Source: Alphaproteobacteria bacterium
GTDB lineage: Bacteria; Pseudomonadota; Alphaproteobacteria; Micavibrionales; Micavibrionaceae
Reading direction: 5' to 3'
NCBI GenBank assembly: GCA_030639165.1
Contig: DAOWDF010000114.1
Span: 1-29,244 of the forward strand
DNA length: 29,244 nt
A program made the translations under genes and the position numbers. The notes beneath the pieces were generated by a model. The model had not been told where the DNA came from. It worked only from the letters and a program-made list of their open reading frames with translations, and ran no database searches. This document shows, piece by piece, positions 25,673 through 29,244 of the stretch. Position 1 is the first letter of the stretch. Each line of letters starts with the position of its first letter.

Positions 25673-26425
25673 TTAACAAATATCCGTTATAGCCTTATTA
25701 ATTACAGCTAAGTCTTGATCACGTGATAAACTGTGATCACCATCATCAATGAATATGATATTTACCCTATCACCTTGAAAGCAATCCTGTATCTTTAAGG
25801 CCTTACCCCACTCAACCGATGCATCCTTCTTACCTTGGATAAGAGTAATGGGAACTGATACTGCATGTGTTTTATCAAGAACGCTCTGCTTACTACCATC
25901 TTCGAGCAATTCTCTGGTAAATATATACGGCTCATCACTATAATCATTAGGGACTTCTAAGCGCCCTAGCCTAACCATCATATCACGATCATCCTGCCCC
26001 ATTTGGCTTTCTATATCTTTAGTAAAATCAGGAGCGGCCGCAATACCGACAACCCCTTTAATACACACATTACCCCCCAGTAATAAAAGCAGAGCTATCC
26101 ACCCGCCCATAGACGAGCCAACCAATATAACATCACGCTCTATAATGTTATCAAGAATATCCATGGCATTTTGCTTCCATGATCCGATAGTACCATTTAC
26201 AAACTCACCACTCGACTTACCATGGCCAAAATAATCAAAGCGCAAAAACTCTTGCCCACGCGCGCGACACTGCCGTTCAAAAAACAAAGCCTTAGTGCCT
26301 TCCATATCTGACTTAAAGCCCCCCATAAACATAACTGCTGGCAGTTTTCTACCCTCACCGGTTGCAGCAAAATGCACATAAGCAAGATTATCACCATTAT
26401 CACTGGCAAAATAAGAAATAGTCAT
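25673..26425 (-). CDS. Alpha/beta hydrolase (ABHD10-like)
   Basis: GGFKSDMEGTKA, RFDYFGHG.S, VGSSMGGW, AAAPDFT, LIQG..D, DGDHSLSR. Start moved from 26497 to ATG 26425 (GGAAGG RBS). Confidence 0.85.
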   Translation of the reverse strand: MTISYFASDNGDNLAYVHFAATGEGRKLPAVMFMGGFKSDMEGTKALFFERQCRARGQEFLRFDYFGHGKSSGEFVNGTIGSWKQNAMDILDNIIERDVILVGSSMGGWIALLLLLGGNVCIKGVVGIAAAPDFTKDIESQMGQDDRDMMVRLGRLEVPNDYSDEPYIFTRELLEDGSKQSVLDKTHAVSVPITLIQGKKDASVEWGKALKIQDCFQGDRVNIIFIDDGDHSLSRDQDLAVINKAITDIC

Positions 26426-26469
26426 ATATTTTCCTTCCCTGAAATGAAAAATGCTATAACTTAGAATAT

Positions 26470-27660
26470 ATGAATAAGAACTCTTCGCAACCAACAATAA
26501 TGCAAATCATCCCCGAACTTGGCGCTGGCGGCGCAGAGCAAGGATGCATAGACATGGCTGGAGAAATCGTCAAAGCTGGCGCTAAAGCCATCATTGTATC
26601 GCATGGTGGATACCGCGTACCAGAATTAGCGCGTAATGGCGTAACCCATATCAATTTACCCGTACATAGCAAAAACCCCGTTACAATATGGCGTAATGCC
26701 TCAAGGCTCAAAAAAATCATAAAAAGCCAAAATGTTAATATCGTTCACGCCAGAAGCCGCGCCCCCGCTTGGAGCGCATGGCAGGCTTGTAAAAACACAA
26801 GCGCTCACTTCATGACAACATGCCACGCTCCCTATAATATAAATAGTGAGGCAAAAAGACGATATAATAGCTCTATGGCCAAAGGTGAGATTATCATTGC
26901 AATATCGCAATATGTTGCAGATTATTTAGTTGAAAATTATGATGTAGAGCCTGAGCGCATCCGCCTTATCCATCGCGGCATTCCAATGGAACGTTTTCAT
27001 CCGACTGCCGTAAACGCAGAACGCATGATTAATCTTGAAAAGCAATGGCGCATTCCCGATGGCGCTACCATCATAATGCTACCTGGGCGTATAACACGCT
27101 GGAAGGGGCATCATATATTAATAGAGGCCATGGCTAAATTAGCACGCAAAGATATATTTTGCGTAATGATTGGATCCGACCAAGGACGTAGTGAATATCG
27201 ATCAGAATTAGAAAAATCCATCGAAGAATATGGACTGGGAGAGCAAATACGCATCATTGATCAATGCCATGATATGCCAGCAGCTTATATGCTAGCCGCT
27301 GCCGTAATATCAGCATCCACTGATCCCGAAGGGTTTGGGCGCATTCCCGTAGAGGCACAAGCAATGGGCAGACCAATTATAGCCAGCGATCATGGCGGAG
27401 CGCGCGAAACAATATTACGCGGCGAAACAGGTTGGCACGTACCGCCATCAGATCCTGACGCTTTAGCGCATGCCATAGATGAAGCATTATCTTTAACACC
27501 AGAGCAAAGATCTATCTTAGCTACAAAATCCATGGCTCATATTGCCGCAAATTTCACCAAAGATATTATGGCAGAAAAAACGCTGGCAGTTTACTCCGAA
27601 CTTCTACAAAGCCCTATGATCACAAAAAAACCTACAGAGCCCATAAATCAGTATGGTTAG
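26470..27660 (+). CDS. Glycosyltransferase family 4 (GT-B)
   Basis: GAGGAE, HARSRAPAW, PGRITRWKGH, PEGFGRIPVEAQAMG, ASDHGGARE. Confidence 0.9.
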   Translation: MNKNSSQPTIMQIIPELGAGGAEQGCIDMAGEIVKAGAKAIIVSHGGYRVPELARNGVTHINLPVHSKNPVTIWRNASRLKKIIKSQNVNIVHARSRAPAWSAWQACKNTSAHFMTTCHAPYNINSEAKRRYNSSMAKGEIIIAISQYVADYLVENYDVEPERIRLIHRGIPMERFHPTAVNAERMINLEKQWRIPDGATIIMLPGRITRWKGHHILIEAMAKLARKDIFCVMIGSDQGRSEYRSELEKSIEEYGLGEQIRIIDQCHDMPAAYMLAAAVISASTDPEGFGRIPVEAQAMGRPIIASDHGGARETILRGETGWHVPPSDPDALAHAIDEALSLTPEQRSILATKSMAHIAANFTKDIMAEKTLAVYSELLQSPMITKKPTEPINQYG

Positions 27661-27664
27661 TTAA

Positions 27665-28597
27665 ATGACTATAAATAATGAACATATTCTAGTTATAAAA
27701 CTCGGAGCATTAGGGGATTTTGTACAAGCTCTCGGCGCAATGAAGGCCATAAGAGACAACCATAAAGATGCACATATAACCTTACTGACAACAAAATCAT
27801 TCGAAGAATTCGGCAAAAAATGCGGATATTTTGATGATATACTGATCGATAAAAAACCCCAATATTTTGATGTAATGGGCTGGCTTAAATTAAAAAAACG
27901 TCTTATTAACTCAGGCTTCACGCGTATTTATGACCTACAAAACAATGATCGTACCAGTCTTTATTTCAAACTATTCCCCAAAAGCAAAAGGCCAGAATGG
28001 GTAGGCGCAGCGAAAGGAGCCTCCCATCAAAATGCCTCAGCACAGCGCATAGCAGGCCACGCCTTTGACGGGCATAAGCAAACGCTAGCCCTTGCTGGAG
28101 TTAATAATATTGAAATTGATAATTTCAGTTGGGTAGAAAAAGAAAATATCTCCAAGTTCAATTTGCAAGCTCCATATATAATTTTTGTTGCAGGATGCTC
28201 ACCGCAACACCCGCACAAAAGATGGCCAGAGGAAAAATATGGCGAACTAGCTAACATATTGAAAGACAGAGGATATCAAGTTGTACTTATAGGCACTAAT
28301 TCAGAAATCGACGCTATCAACTCTATAAAACATATATGCCCAGAATCAATAAATTTATGCGGAGAAACCGACCTGTTTCAAGTTGCCGCACTAGCCAAAA
28401 ATGCAAATGCAGCAATCGGCAACGACACAGGCCCTATGCACATAATTGCTGCAACAGGATGCCACAGCATAACTCTATTTTCAGGCTCCAGCGACCCTAA
28501 AAGACACGCACCAATGGGCAGCAACTCCACAACCTTACAGCAAAACATATTAAGTGAATTAGAAGTAAAAGAAGTACTAAGCAAACTACAGCTGTAA
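27665..28597 (+). CDS. Glycosyltransferase family 9 (ADP-heptose:LPS heptosyltransferase-like)
   Basis: IKLGALGDFVQ, YDLQ, KRWPEEKY, GNDTGPMHIIAA. Confidence 0.9.
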   Translation: MTINNEHILVIKLGALGDFVQALGAMKAIRDNHKDAHITLLTTKSFEEFGKKCGYFDDILIDKKPQYFDVMGWLKLKKRLINSGFTRIYDLQNNDRTSLYFKLFPKSKRPEWVGAAKGASHQNASAQRIAGHAFDGHKQTLALAGVNNIEIDNFSWVEKENISKFNLQAPYIIFVAGCSPQHPHKRWPEEKYGELANILKDRGYQVVLIGTNSEIDAINSIKHICPESINLCGETDLFQVAALAKNANAAIGNDTGPMHIIAATGCHSITLFSGSSDPKRHAPMGSNSTTLQQNILSELEVKEVLSKLQL

Positions 28598-28599
28598 AA

Positions 28600-29187
28600 C
28601 TAGAACGATGAGATATCCTTGTCATTATCGTCATCATTATTATTCTGATTTACCCCTTCAGAAAAACCAAACCAAGAACGCATATTTTCACGTCTCGAAT
28701 CACTAATTTTATTCTTAGGCGCTCTTAATTTTTCTATACAGTGAAGACATGGATTATAATCCGATCCTGTATAATTCTCGCTGAGCATAGCTGGGCATTT
28801 CAAACAATCCTTAGCATTAAAAAAATGCTGATTTTCGTCAATGGTAATATCTCCACCAATCTTAAAATGACCAATAATAACCACATCACTGGATATCTCG
28901 ACATCATCCATTATTATTGCGGAGCCACGCACTACGGCACGCCCTTTAATAGATGCATTATCCTTTACAGTAACAAAAGCAGATATCTCGGCATTATCGC
29001 CTATAACTGAATTATCGAGAACATGTGCATAACCAAAAACCTGTGCATTTCTTTCTACCCTAGCACTATCATCAACATGCGCTGTATCGGCTACCCAACC
29101 TCCACCATTACAATGACGGTGAGCAAAAACTAACCCATTACCATCCTTAAAATCATATTGAACGCTCTCTTCTGGTACACTACGCAT
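28600..29187 (-). CDS. Left-handed beta-helix (hexapeptide-like repeat) protein with Cys-containing and acidic C-terminus
   Basis: AHRHCNGGGWVADTAHV followed by imperfect six-residue repeats (VERNAQ VFGYAH VLDNSV IGDNAE...). GGGAGAGG RBS. Confidence 0.7.
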   Translation of the reverse strand: MRSVPEESVQYDFKDGNGLVFAHRHCNGGGWVADTAHVDDSARVERNAQVFGYAHVLDNSVIGDNAEISAFVTVKDNASIKGRAVVRGSAIIMDDVEISSDVVIIGHFKIGGDITIDENQHFFNAKDCLKCPAMLSENYTGSDYNPCLHCIEKLRAPKNKISDSRRENMRSWFGFSEGVNQNNNDDDNDKDISSF

Positions 29188-29244
29188 GATAGACCTCTCC
29201 CTTGTTTTTAGTAAATAAGCACTCCATTAATTGTTGAATTGACG

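Noticed and set aside
892-29010. Numerous short antisense or overlapping ORFs in the track (e.g. 892-1236, 3604-3894, 10887-11327, 16600-17061, 18226-18744, 18993-19304, 23455-23913, 24292-24486)
   Set aside because: They are shadows of well-supported genes, with no motifs or convincing RBS.
1-29244. CRISPR array, rRNA, IS element, riboswitch
   Set aside because: No regularly spaced repeats, rRNA-like sequence, transposase or recognisable riboswitch was seen.

Overview
AT-rich bacterial chromosome segment, most likely alphaproteobacterial; a Micavibrio-like lineage is plausible but that is inference only. Housekeeping genes flank the window: rsmC-like methyltransferase, AsmA-like protein, threonine dehydratase and nrdB on the left; tRNA-Ser(GGA), alpha/beta hydrolase and GT4/GT9 envelope glycosyltransferases on the right. 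The centre (about 5.36-16.14 kb) is a compact arsenosugar-type / redox locus in three transcription units. Left arm (- strand): VTT-DUF547 fusion, MerA/RclA-like flavoprotein, sterol desaturase, JmjC hydroxylase. Right arm (+ strand): PiT transporter, AS3MT-type ArsM, TIGR04283-like and TIGR04282/DUF2064-like transferases, exported MsrB and MsrA, Trx-type ArsC. A convergent ArsS-related radical SAM gene closes the locus. All three units carry the same upstream motif, TTGTAAC-N16/17-CGAA, 36-37 nt before the start codon. It resembles the ECF16/SigF-type promoter, and there is no arsR or arsenite efflux gene. This suggests an ECF-controlled organoarsenic biosynthesis or envelope-redox system rather than a classic ars resistance operon. 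Further right are an orphan MASE1-CHASE hybrid kinase, a lipase-lipase-LplT/Aas lipid-salvage operon, and a decayed P4-type integrase beside the tRNA-Ser 3' end. All family calls come from motif recognition; no database searches were run.
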